A stretch of 64,000 bases of DNA. It comes from Nitrospirota bacterium. Its GTDB lineage: Bacteria; Nitrospirota; Nitrospiria; 2-01-FULL-66-17. The DNA is taken from contig JBMOMC010000001.1 of the NCBI GenBank assembly GCA_049325335.1, positions 1 through 64,000 of the forward strand, read 5' to 3'. The position numbers and the translations under genes were made by a program. Positions within the stretch are counted from its first letter, which is position 1; every line of letters begins with the position of its first letter. The notes beneath the pieces are model-generated. The model saw only the letters and a list, made by a program, of their open reading frames with translations, was not told where the DNA came from and made no database searches. Positions 31,516-40,856 of this stretch are shown here, one piece after another.

Positions 31516-32498
31516 TCACCGAGTCGCCAATACCGCAGCACCGGCTCTCCCGCGCGTTCCACCACGGCGATCACGGACTTTTTCACGCCGTTGGCTTCGC
31601 CCTCCGAATAGATCGAGAAAAACCGGCTGCCCACGTCGAGTTGCGGCGAAATGGCGCTGACCACCGCGGGAGGGAGTCCCGCGACTCGGTTGAGTTGATT
31701 GAGGCTGGAAAACGGACGGGCCGCCACAAGCTGCTCGACCTGTTCGGCCGACAGCGGAAATCGAAACACGCCGTCGCTGACTCGTTCCGGCAACGACTCC
31801 AAGATGAGCGGGTCCGCGGTATTCACGTTGATTCGATCATCCGCCGCTCCGGGAACATTCCAATACACGGTCAGATACGGGCTGATCGTACGGTACACCT
31901 CGTCGGTCACGCCTTTGATCAGGTGCAATTCGGCGAGCGTCTCCAACGGGCCGTTTTTACAGGCATAGGGACGGTCGAGTGCTTGATAATAGGAGGCCTC
32001 CGCGCCCCGAGGGCCCGGGATATCGTCGCGATCCAGCCAGTCCACGATCGCGTCCGCCAACTCGGGATCAAGATCTTTGAGTGCCAGGAGACGTTTGAGT
32101 TGTTCGATCCGGAACGGGTTGGTCGGTTTGTTCCCGTCTTTGGTGACGAGGGCGTTGAGGTTCAATTTCCCGCCCTCGTCTTGGGCGGCCAGCGACACGG
32201 CGCCGTCACCCACCGGATACGGCGGGAACGGAGTAGCCCACAATTCGTCGAGGCTGTCGACCGCACCGGTTTTGACCATGTCGTCCTTGAGCACGGCTTG
32301 CGCCGCGGCCACGCCGGACGTTGCGAGGTGGAAGGCTTTCATACCGTCGCGGAAATTGCCCGCCGCGCGCATCGCGGTGCGCGTGGATCGGTCGAACTCC
32401 AACACCGCGGTCACGAGCAAGACCAACACCAGCAGGGTGAGCACGAGCGCGAGACCGCGCTGGCCGCGACCAGCCGGCACATCAAACGAGTTGTTCAC
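31512..32498 (-). CDS. gspK: type II secretion minor pseudopilin K (start approximate)
   Basis: QRG|LALVL, DEGGKLNLN, DAIVDWLD, INVNTA. Confidence 0.9.
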   Translation of the reverse strand: MNNSFDVPAGRGQRGLALVLTLLVLVLLVTAVLEFDRSTRTAMRAAGNFRDGMKAFHLATSGVAAAQAVLKDDMVKTGAVDSLDELWATPFPPYPVGDGAVSLAAQDEGGKLNLNALVTKDGNKPTNPFRIEQLKRLLALKDLDPELADAIVDWLDRDDIPGPRGAEASYYQALDRPYACKNGPLETLAELHLIKGVTDEVYRTISPYLTVYWNVPGAADDRINVNTADPLILESLPERVSDGVFRFPLSAEQVEQLVAARPFSSLNQLNRVAGLPPAVVSAISPQLDVGSRFFSIYSEGEANGVKKSVIAVVERAGEPVLRYWRLGD

Positions 32499-32511
32499 CC
32501 CCCTACTCGGT

Positions 32512-33060
32512 TCAGGACATGCGCTCATAGGTCGAGACCACGAACGACCCGTCCAGGAGTTTGGGGTCCGCGTATCGCGTCTTGAGGCGCAACGATTTGA
32601 TGCGGAGGCGCTGCGGCGCCCGATCAAGCCTTTCCAAATACGCCACGATCTGGGCAAGGGTGATGGCTTCGAGTTTGACCTCGGCCGTGACCTCGCGGTA
32701 CGGAGCCGACGTCTGCGCGGGCTGCGGCCGGATCGAAGTCAGTCGGTTGCGGATCTGCTGCACGGAGGCGGACTCTTCCAAAAACGATAAGAGCGCGAAG
32801 GCCCCGGTATTGGCCACGCGATGATCCAGGACCGCGACTTGGTCCACGGCCACGCGGTACTCCGCCCCCAGCCGCGTGACCCGATCCAGATCCTCCTGGC
32901 GGTGGAGGATTCGACGATCCAACCGCGCGCTGCGCTCCAGCAGCGGGTCCACCACCAGGCCGTAGACCGCCAAGAGCGCGGCCGCGGCGCCGCCGACCCC
33001 GAGCACCACGCGTTCGCGCTCCGTGCGCTCGCGCCACCAGTTCGACCATTGCGCCTTCAT
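32512..33060 (-). CDS. gspM: type II secretion protein M
   Basis: ERER followed by one TM; position after gspL. Confidence 0.82.
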   Translation of the reverse strand: MKAQWSNWWRERTERERVVLGVGGAAAALLAVYGLVVDPLLERSARLDRRILHRQEDLDRVTRLGAEYRVAVDQVAVLDHRVANTGAFALLSFLEESASVQQIRNRLTSIRPQPAQTSAPYREVTAEVKLEAITLAQIVAYLERLDRAPQRLRIKSLRLKTRYADPKLLDGSFVVSTYERMS

Positions 33061-34556
33061 ACGCCCTCGGCAAGCGTGATGGTCATGATGAATCGCACCT
33101 TGGATTGGTCGGCCGTGGTCTTGGCGTCGCTGACCGTCACGGTCTTGACCATCGGCGACTTGGCCACCGCGCCCTCGATTTTGTTGACCCAGTCGAAGGA
33201 CACGGTCTCCGCCTCCACGCGGACCTTGTCCTGATCGATCACGAGTTCCGACACCGCGATGCCGCTCTCCGGCGGAATCGCGTCGGTCAACGCCAACAAC
33301 ACGTCCAAGACGCCCAGCTCGCCGCCCAAAAAGGCCCGTTGTTTCCTCACGGCGTCGATCGCGGATTGGAGTTGCTCGGGTTCGCTGACCGCCGCGGTCC
33401 CGGGCAATGCGCGCTCGAACGCGGCGCGAACTCCGGCGTTGATGTCCGTCAATCGCCGTTCTTTCAACGCAAGACGCAGGCCGGCGTCCACGCCCGCGGC
33501 GGCCAGTGCGAACACGGTCACGGCGGCCAAGGCCGCCAACCGCCGACGCAAGACCGCGCGCTCGCGGCCGTGGATGAACGCGCCGCGACGGAAGTTGATC
33601 CGGTCCGCTCCGCGCGCCGCCAGCAAACCGAGCCCCGCGGCCAACGCCACCGGGCCGAGCGGTCGCTCAACCCCGCCCACCGGCGCGGTCGGCCACGGCA
33701 CCCAATCCAGTCCCAACACGGCCGCGACGGCTTGCCCGGTTTCGGGAATCGCGGACCACGACCCGCTCACCGCGACCGCAGTCACTCGACGCGACGATTC
33801 GACGCGGTCCGCGCGCAAGGTGCGGGCGACCTCATCGAGCACGGGTTTGAGCGCGGACACCAAGGCATCCGCCACCACTCCGCCGGGAACCTCCGCCCGG
33901 CGATCGCCGATCGCCAGCTCGTCGAGCGCCGCGTCGGACCAGCCGCAGCCTCGCTCCACCGCGGCACGCGCGGCCGCGCCGTCCCAGAGCACGGCGCGCA
34001 TGGCGCGCACGCGGCCTTGCGCGATCAACGCGAGCGTGACCGCCCGTTCATCAAGATGCACCAGCGCCAGATCGATATGAGCGGGCAACCACTCGCCCGC
34101 CGCGGCGGCCAAGGCTTCGGCGTCCACGGTCACGAGCTTGGGGTCCACGCCGCCTCGGGCCGCCTCCTCCAGGCGCGCGCGCAACGTGGTTTTCGGCAAG
34201 GCCGCGGCCAACACTTTGGACTGATTGCCCGCACGCTCCACCAGGGTCCCGTCGATTACCACGTCGTCCAGATCAAACGGAATCTGGCCCTCCAGCTCCG
34301 AGGGCAACGCCGCGTCCCACTTGGACTGCTGTGCGAACGGTAACGTCACGACCCGACCCGACACCTGATATACGGGCACCGCGATCGCCGCGGGCGCGGC
34401 CCGCAGCTTCAGCGACCGGAGCAGGCGAGCGCGATCGTCCTCGCCCTCGGGCGCCCGCGACGAGCGCATGGCGTCGAGTTTCACGCTCTTGAGTCCGACG
34501 TTCACGACCACGGCCGTCAACGTGGATCCCCCGATATCGAACCCGATTCCTCGCAT
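33057..34556 (-). CDS. gspL: type II secretion protein L
   Basis: Actin-like N-terminus (GFDIG, IPFDLDD), INFRRG, one TM, PilN-like C-terminus. Confidence 0.82.
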   Translation of the reverse strand: MRGIGFDIGGSTLTAVVVNVGLKSVKLDAMRSSRAPEGEDDRARLLRSLKLRAAPAAIAVPVYQVSGRVVTLPFAQQSKWDAALPSELEGQIPFDLDDVVIDGTLVERAGNQSKVLAAALPKTTLRARLEEAARGGVDPKLVTVDAEALAAAAGEWLPAHIDLALVHLDERAVTLALIAQGRVRAMRAVLWDGAAARAAVERGCGWSDAALDELAIGDRRAEVPGGVVADALVSALKPVLDEVARTLRADRVESSRRVTAVAVSGSWSAIPETGQAVAAVLGLDWVPWPTAPVGGVERPLGPVALAAGLGLLAARGADRINFRRGAFIHGRERAVLRRRLAALAAVTVFALAAAGVDAGLRLALKERRLTDINAGVRAAFERALPGTAAVSEPEQLQSAIDAVRKQRAFLGGELGVLDVLLALTDAIPPESGIAVSELVIDQDKVRVEAETVSFDWVNKIEGAVAKSPMVKTVTVSDAKTTADQSKVRFIMTITLAEGV

Positions 34557-34557
34557 C

Positions 34558-35442
34558 TTATCCCACGGACAGTCCGTTCACGCTCACCCCGGGGCGAACC
34601 AGTCGCCCGCTTACCCGCACCGTGATCGCCCCGTCTTTTTCCCCGGCCAACGCCAACATCGGCATCCGAGCTTTGGCCTCGGCGGACGGCTCCACGCGCA
34701 GCGTGACGTTCACCACGCTCTCGGTCCACGGCGCGCGTATCAAGATGGTGCCGTCGCCCGACACCGTGCCCAACGGCCCGCGACCCGCGATTCGCTGCAA
34801 CGTCAATGTCCCTCCCTTGAGCGTGAGTTGCCCGGTCACCGTGTCGAACTCGATGCCGTTGACCGGGAACCCCGACACCGTGATGCCGTCAACCTTGAGC
34901 CCCGAAAGCTCCACCGACCCCGTCCCGTCCCCAAGCCACCACGCTTCATTGAGCCACCGACAGCTCAGGTCAACCTGCAGCGTCCCGCGCCACGAGCCGC
35001 TCGGCAGTCCGGGAAGTTTCGCGAGATCGAATCCGCGCCCGAACTGATCCAACGCGGACCGCATCCCGTCCGCCTCGCGCCGCAACGCGAAGCCGCCGCG
35101 GGCGGTGCCGCCGTACGCGTCCCAGGCCACGTCCGCTTCGACCCGTCGGCTGAGCAACGGAATCACCGCGACCTGAATCCGCACCGCGTCCAGATCCACG
35201 CCCCGCTCGGGCCGATCGCGCTGGGCCGCATGAACGCCGCGCCACGACACGCCGACCGGGAAGCGCCACGTGCGCTCGTCCACCGTGATCACGGCCTTGG
35301 CCCGCTGTTGCACCTCCGCCAATAGCCGGACCTGCAGCGCCTCGACCGGGAATTGCCACGCCAAAAACACGAGGAACACCGCCAACGTATACAGCGCATA
35401 CGCGGCAACGGTCCCCCACGGTATTCGCCGACCGAACCGCAA
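34558..35442 (-). CDS. gspN: type II secretion protein N
   Basis: N-terminal TM plus FP, beta-rich body, cluster position. Confidence 0.75.
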   Translation of the reverse strand: MRFGRRIPWGTVAAYALYTLAVFLVFLAWQFPVEALQVRLLAEVQQRAKAVITVDERTWRFPVGVSWRGVHAAQRDRPERGVDLDAVRIQVAVIPLLSRRVEADVAWDAYGGTARGGFALRREADGMRSALDQFGRGFDLAKLPGLPSGSWRGTLQVDLSCRWLNEAWWLGDGTGSVELSGLKVDGITVSGFPVNGIEFDTVTGQLTLKGGTLTLQRIAGRGPLGTVSGDGTILIRAPWTESVVNVTLRVEPSAEAKARMPMLALAGEKDGAITVRVSGRLVRPGVSVNGLSVG

Positions 35443-35455
35443 GGCGTCGCCGGGG

Positions 35456-36214
35456 TTACTGCCTTGCCAGCGGCAACGGCACCGTGGTGCGAACGCGTTC
35501 GGCCGGCGCGGATCCGGACCCCGCGAGCGCCACCGTGACCTCCACCGCTTCCGGAAGCGCCGTCCGTTGGGATGCGTCCCACTCGTCCACCCACTCGCCG
35601 CGAGTCAGGTACCGCAACCGGAACGTGGTCACGCCCGCGGCCAGTTCGTCCGTCTGCAGCGCCCATCCCCCATCCGCCAGCGGATTCACCCGTTCATCCC
35701 GCACCAATCGGCCGCCGGCTTCTCCCGAACCCGGCTCAACCCGGTAGGTGACCTCCGCCACGTCGGACTCCGGGCGATCCCCCACGTAGCGGCGATGCGC
35801 GAACGTGGTCCATGCCAGTTGATCTCGTCGTTCCTCCTCCGGTGACGCCGTATCTTTGCTCCCGAGAAACCGCCCCCGCGCGGTCTGGTCCGTTGCCCCC
35901 GGCACGATGCCTTCCCGGAACCAATACGCGGACGACAGTTCATCAATCAAACGCTCCATGATCACCTGGACCTGCCGGACGCGATCCGTGACCTCCGCAG
36001 TCTCCCGCGTCACGTCCATGCTCCGGGCAAACGCCCCGTACACGATCGTCATCACCACGGCCAAAATCCCCATCACCACCACGACTTCAATGAGAGTAAA
36101 TCCGTAATGCGCCGAGGGCGCAACTGACGATCGTGTCGCTCCTCGCGGATCGCGCAGCAACCCGCACTGCGCTAAGGGCGCAACTGATACTCGTATTCCT
36201 CCGCGCTCGCGCAC
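35456..36214 (-). CDS. gspJ: type II secretion minor pseudopilin J
   Basis: G|FTLIEV, W..EWD....LPEAVEV. Confidence 0.88.
   Translation of the reverse strand: MRERGGIRVSVAPLAQCGLLRDPRGATRSSVAPSAHYGFTLIEVVVVMGILAVVMTIVYGAFARSMDVTRETAEVTDRVRQVQVIMERLIDELSSAYWFREGIVPGATDQTARGRFLGSKDTASPEEERRDQLAWTTFAHRRYVGDRPESDVAEVTYRVEPGSGEAGGRLVRDERVNPLADGGWALQTDELAAGVTTFRLRYLTRGEWVDEWDASQRTALPEAVEVTVALAGSGSAPAERVRTTVPLPLARQ
36099..36203. repeat. 60-bp degenerate tandem repeat (about 1.7 units) in the gspJ leader
   Basis: Units start at 36099 and 36159, each with a TGCGC(C/T)-N3-GGCGCA hairpin. Confidence 0.8.
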
Positions 36215-36218
36215 GTGG

Positions 36219-36719
36219 TCACCGTCCCGCCGGTTTCTGGAACACGTAGCGGACTAGGTCCACTCGCTCGGATTGCGCCGGGGCCCAGGTCACGCTGACC
36301 CGCACCTCGCGCACGAAATCAAACGGCGTGGCCGCGACGTCTTGTCGCCACGCATAGCCGGCATGGTCATCATCAAAACGACCTTCGCTTGACCCGATCT
36401 CCGGGAACGGCCCCACCACCGTGTCGCCCAGACGCTGCTGCGCCAAGGCCGTGGCTTGGATCATGGCCCGCGCCCGGTCGTGCATCACGATGTCGCTATT
36501 GCGCAGCCCCAGCAAGGCCACGAACGCCACCGCAATAATGGCCAAGGCGATCATGATTTCCAGCAAGGTAAACCCGCACTGCGCCGTAGGCGCAGAATCA
36601 GATGGCCCCATTCCCTTCGGGTGGCGCAGCAATCCACGTTGCGTCGAGGGCGCAACTGGTAATAGTCCTTTTCCTTGCGGATCGCACAGCAACCCGCACT
36701 GTGCCGACGACTTGTTCAC
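36219..36719 (-). CDS. gspI: type II secretion minor pseudopilin I
   Basis: G|FTLLEIMIALAI; GTGA overlap with the gspH stop. Confidence 0.88.
   Translation of the reverse strand: MNKSSAQCGLLCDPQGKGLLPVAPSTQRGLLRHPKGMGPSDSAPTAQCGFTLLEIMIALAIIAVAFVALLGLRNSDIVMHDRARAMIQATALAQQRLGDTVVGPFPEIGSSEGRFDDDHAGYAWRQDVAATPFDFVREVRVSVTWAPAQSERVDLVRYVFQKPAGR
36571..36707. repeat. 60-bp degenerate tandem repeat (about 2.3 units) in the gspI leader, same family as in gspJ
   Basis: Units start at 36571, 36631 and 36691; shared CGGATCGC(A/G)CAGCAACCCGCACTG. Confidence 0.8.
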
Positions 36720-37327
36720 GTCGTCCCCACGACCTCCACGTACCCATCGGTGACCGCGACACGGCCCGTGACCGGGTTGATGGATACGGTGTACTGCGCG
36801 TCACGCTCGTCTTTGAGATGGATCGTGGTGCGGGTGGTTGCGCCGGACGGGAAAAACTGCGTGAACGCGGTGCCGGACGTGATCAGGCCTTGATGAGCCG
36901 TCACCACGTCCTCGAACCGCACGTCGGACGGCAGGCGCCGCTTCGATCCGACCGGTGCGCTCTCTTCCAACACCCCGCCGACCGGAGTGAGCACGGTGAC
37001 CCAGTATTCGCGTTGATCCAAATCGTAATACAGCCGCTGAATCGTGTGTCTCGCCACCGCCTCCTGCACCAGCGCGGACGCCACGCCCGTCAACTCGCGC
37101 GACGCGGCACGCGCGTCACCGCCGGCGAACCGGTGCAAGCTCGGCGTCACCAACATCGCCATGAGCGCGAGAATGAAGACCACGATGGTGATTTCGATGA
37201 GCGTAAAACCGGACGATTGATCGATGCGGGCCCTACCCGGGAAATCCCCGGGTGCTCCCCGATGACACGGGGGGGCGGGGGAGATTTCGCGTGGGCGCGT
37301 CTGATCCGATGGTCGATCGAACGTCAC
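36716..37327 (-). CDS. gspH: type II secretion minor pseudopilin H
   Basis: G|FTLIEI, FFPSG, TGRV; GTGA overlap with the gspG stop. Confidence 0.85.
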   Translation of the reverse strand: MTFDRPSDQTRPREISPAPPCHRGAPGDFPGRARIDQSSGFTLIEITIVVFILALMAMLVTPSLHRFAGGDARAASRELTGVASALVQEAVARHTIQRLYYDLDQREYWVTVLTPVGGVLEESAPVGSKRRLPSDVRFEDVVTAHQGLITSGTAFTQFFPSGATTRTTIHLKDERDAQYTVSINPVTGRVAVTDGYVEVVGTT

Positions 37328-37803
37328 TTCAGGTCCCAGTTCTCCAAGTCCGCGTCCTTGCCGTCGCCCCCGCGCTCACCATCCCCGCCATAGGAGAGCA
37401 GGTCGAAATCCCCATGCGTTCCCGGCGACAAGTACACGTAGGCGTGACTCCAGGGGTCCTTGGGCACCTTCGGCAAATACCCACCGGTTCGCCAACGCTC
37501 GGGAACCGGGCTCGACGTGGGTTTGGTCACCAACGCCTCCAACCCCTGCTCCGTGGTTGGGTACACGCCGCTGTCGAGTTTGTACAGGTGCAGCGCCTGT
37601 TCAAGATTCTTCATCTCCACCACCGCCGCGGTGCGCCGCGCATCGTCGGTCCGGCCCACGATCTTGGGGACCACGAGGATCGCTAAAATCGCCAAGATCG
37701 TCACCACCACCATGACCTCGATGAGAGTGAACCCGGCCGTGGCGATCACCGGCTTCATCCCGCGAACCATGCCTCTCACCAACCACCCCGACGGACTTCT
37801 CAC
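37324..37803 (-). CDS. gspG: type II secretion major pseudopilin G (start approximate)
   Basis: G|FTLIEVMVV, YPTTEQGLEALV, PKDPW, SYGGDG. Confidence 0.95.
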   Translation of the reverse strand: MRSPSGWLVRGMVRGMKPVIATAGFTLIEVMVVVTILAILAILVVPKIVGRTDDARRTAAVVEMKNLEQALHLYKLDSGVYPTTEQGLEALVTKPTSSPVPERWRTGGYLPKVPKDPWSHAYVYLSPGTHGDFDLLSYGGDGERGGDGKDADLENWDLK

Positions 37804-37807
37804 GGCA

Positions 37808-39016
37808 TCACCTCACAATCTGACTCATTTCAAAAATCGGCAGCAGGATCGCCAACACAATGAACAGAATCACGCCGCCCATCACCAGAATCATGACCGG
37901 CGAGAGCAATGACGTGATCGAGCCCAATGTGGTTTCGACCTCGTGATCGTACGTGTCCGAGACCCGCTTCAACATCGTCTCCAGCTCACCGCTCAGCTCA
38001 CCCACCGCGATCATGTGCGTGACCAAGGGAGGAAAGACCCCGCTGGCGCGCAACGGCTCGGCGATGCTCTGCCCCTGCCGGATACGCTCGCGCGCCGAGT
38101 CGATCGCCTCGGCGATCACCTCGTTACGCACCACGTGCCGGACGATCTCCAGCGCGGTCAACAACGCCACGCCACCGGCCAGTAACGTGCTCAACGTCGA
38201 GGAGAATCTCGACAAGGCGATGAGGCGGTTCAGCCGACCCATGATCGGCAGTCGCAACGCCAGCGCGTCGAGCCGCCGTCGGCCCAGCGGCGTGCGGGCG
38301 TACCGAGCGAACGCGATGCCGCCGACGACCGCCGCCAGCGCGAAGACCCACCACCCCACCCGCACCACGTCGCTGGCCGCGATGAGGATACGCGTGGGCC
38401 ACGGCAACGCCTGCTGAAGATCCGCGAACACGGCTGTAACCTTGGGCACCACGAACGCCACGAGAAAGACGAGGATTCCCAGGCTCACCGCCAGCATCAG
38501 CACTGGGTACGTTAATGCGCTCACGACCGCGTTGCGCACCTTGGCCTGCCGTTCGAGAAAGTCGGCCAAACTCGCCAACACCCGATCCAATGTGCCGCTG
38601 GCCTCGCCGACCCGCACCATGTTGACGTACAGCGTCGAGAACACCGACGGGTGGGCCCCGAGGGCTTCGGCAAAGGAGCCTCCCTCGCGAATGCGCTCAC
38701 GCACCGCCGCCACCACGCGTTTGACCGCGGTGCGCTCGACCTGTTCCCCCAACGCGGTCAACGCGTCGATGAGCGGGAGCCCCGCCGCCAGCAATGTGGC
38801 GAGCTGCCGCGTCAGGACCGCGGTTTCGACCGCGGACACGCGTTCGCCCCACACCGGACGACCGGCCGCGGGGCGCGCCGCGGTCGCGGCCACGTCCACG
38901 GGAAACACGCCCGAACGTTTGAGTTTTTGCCGCGCGTCCTTGGGGCTGTCGGCGTCGATCACCCCCGAAACCGTTCGGCCTTCCGTGGTCAATGCGGTGT
39001 ATTCAAAGACGGGCAT
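37808..39016 (-). CDS. gspF: type II secretion inner membrane protein F
   Basis: MPVFEY, TRQLATLL.AGLPL, GEASG, ALTYP, GELSGEL. Confidence 0.93.
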   Translation of the reverse strand: MPVFEYTALTTEGRTVSGVIDADSPKDARQKLKRSGVFPVDVAATAARPAAGRPVWGERVSAVETAVLTRQLATLLAAGLPLIDALTALGEQVERTAVKRVVAAVRERIREGGSFAEALGAHPSVFSTLYVNMVRVGEASGTLDRVLASLADFLERQAKVRNAVVSALTYPVLMLAVSLGILVFLVAFVVPKVTAVFADLQQALPWPTRILIAASDVVRVGWWVFALAAVVGGIAFARYARTPLGRRRLDALALRLPIMGRLNRLIALSRFSSTLSTLLAGGVALLTALEIVRHVVRNEVIAEAIDSARERIRQGQSIAEPLRASGVFPPLVTHMIAVGELSGELETMLKRVSDTYDHEVETTLGSITSLLSPVMILVMGGVILFIVLAILLPIFEMSQIVR

Positions 39017-39071
39017 GGCGCGACGGTCACTTAGGCGGCGGACGGGTTCCGACGATCGCCGGTCGGGGACA

Positions 39072-40850
39072 TCATCCGACGTCCTCGGCGGTGACCCGCA
39101 GCACCTCTTCGGTGGTCGTGATTCCGGACACGACTTTCTGCGCGCCGTCTTCGCGGAGGGTTCGCATCCCGTGCTCCATCGCGCGGGCCTTGATGGTGTT
39201 GGCGTCGGTCTTGGCGAGGACCAACGCCCGCAACTCGTCGTCCAAGACCAGAATTTCGTAGATCCCGGTCCGCCCACGGTACCCGGTCGACAGGCATTCA
39301 GCGCACCCGCCAGCACGAAACCAGGGGGTCGCCGACGCGCGCTCCGCGCTCATGCCGAGTTTGGCCAATTCGTCCGGCGAGGGGTGATACGGTTGGCGGC
39401 AGGCCGCGCACAGGACGCGCACCAGGCGCTGTGCCACGATCGCCACGAGCGACGACGCGACCAGGAACGGCTCGATCCCCATATCCAGCAACCGCGTGAT
39501 CGCGCCCGCCGCGTCGTTGGTATGAAGCGTGGAGAAGACCAAGTGTCCGGTCAACGACGCGTGGATCGCGATCTCCGCGGTCTCGCCGTCACGGATTTCG
39601 CCGACCATAATGACGTCCGGGTCCTGGCGCAGGATCGACCGCAGGCCGGCCGCGAACGTGAGGTTGATCTTTGGATTGACCTGCATTTGCCCGACCCCGC
39701 GAAGCTGGTATTCGATGGGGTCTTCGATGGTGATGATGTTCTTTTCCGGGGCATTGATGGTATTGAGCGCGGCGTAGAGCGTGGTCGTCTTCCCACTCCC
39801 GGTCGGGCCGGTGACGAGCACGATGCCGTGACTGAGGCGAACGAGGTGGCTCAATGTTTTGAGCCGTTGCTCGTCGAGCCCGATCTCGGTCAACTGCAGG
39901 AGGAGATTCCCCTTGTCCAACAACCGGAGGACCAGCCGCTCGCCGTGCGCGGTGGGAATGGCCGAGACGCGGATATCCACGTCCCGTCCGGCAATTTTGA
40001 TGCTGATCCGCCCGTCTTGCGGTAGCCGCTTTTCCGCGATATTGAGTCCGCCCATGATCTTGACGCGCGAGATGATGCTGGCCTGGAGCCGCTTGGGCGG
40101 GGTCAACACGTTGTACAACACGCCGTCGATGCGGTACCGAATGAGCAGGTCCCGTTCGAACGGTTCGATATGGATGTCGCTCGCACGCTTCTTGGCGGCC
40201 TCAAACAGCAATGAGTTGACCAACTTGATGATCGGCGCCTCGTCCGCCGCCTCCAACAAGTCGCGGGGTTCTTCGCGCAAGGCCGTGGCCAAGGAGTCAA
40301 GCGATTCCGCGCCGAGATCTTCAATCACTTGCTCGGCCGAGTCCCCGGAACGTTCGTACGCCTGGTTGATGCACGAGACAATGGAGCGGGACGGGGCAAC
40401 CACGGTGCTCACCGGCTTGGCCAACAACAGACGGATGTCATCGAGCGGCGCCGTCACCAGCGGCTGCGCAGTCGCCACCCGGACCACGCCCCCGACCTCG
40501 CGCAGCGGGAGGATCTCGTACCGTTTGGCGAACGCGATCGGCACTTTCACGAGCAGTGCGCGATCGACATCGACAGTGGACACGTGGGACAGATACGGCA
40601 CGCCGAGTTGTTCGGCCAGCGCTTCCAGTACCGCCTCTTCCGTGACGTAGCCCAGGCGCACCAAAATTTCTCCGATGCGCCCGCCCTTGTCCCGTTGCAC
40701 CGCGAGGGCTTCGTCCACCTGCGCGGGCGTCACGCCGAACTTGGCGGCCAAGATGTCGGACAGCCGCCCCGACGCCGCGCCAGGTCCGGTTGACGCGCGC
40801 GCGGAACCGGACGCGTTATCCGGCGTTCCGACGGTGTCGGCCGGTTTCAT
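39072..40850 (-). CDS. gspE: type II secretion ATPase E
   Basis: ASDIHIEP, GPTGSGKTTTLY, LRQDPD.IMVGEIRD, two CxxC. Confidence 0.95.
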   Translation of the reverse strand: MKPADTVGTPDNASGSARASTGPGAASGRLSDILAAKFGVTPAQVDEALAVQRDKGGRIGEILVRLGYVTEEAVLEALAEQLGVPYLSHVSTVDVDRALLVKVPIAFAKRYEILPLREVGGVVRVATAQPLVTAPLDDIRLLLAKPVSTVVAPSRSIVSCINQAYERSGDSAEQVIEDLGAESLDSLATALREEPRDLLEAADEAPIIKLVNSLLFEAAKKRASDIHIEPFERDLLIRYRIDGVLYNVLTPPKRLQASIISRVKIMGGLNIAEKRLPQDGRISIKIAGRDVDIRVSAIPTAHGERLVLRLLDKGNLLLQLTEIGLDEQRLKTLSHLVRLSHGIVLVTGPTGSGKTTTLYAALNTINAPEKNIITIEDPIEYQLRGVGQMQVNPKINLTFAAGLRSILRQDPDVIMVGEIRDGETAEIAIHASLTGHLVFSTLHTNDAAGAITRLLDMGIEPFLVASSLVAIVAQRLVRVLCAACRQPYHPSPDELAKLGMSAERASATPWFRAGGCAECLSTGYRGRTGIYEILVLDDELRALVLAKTDANTIKARAMEHGMRTLREDGAQKVVSGITTTEEVLRVTAEDVG

Positions 40851-40856
40851 GATGGA

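Noticed and set aside
36099..36707. 60-bp palindromic repeats as a CRISPR array
   Set aside because: Units are degenerate and in frame within genes, variable parts are only about 15 bp, and no cas genes are present
38442..40025. 527-aa plus-strand ORF
   Set aside because: Antisense shadow of gspE and gspF
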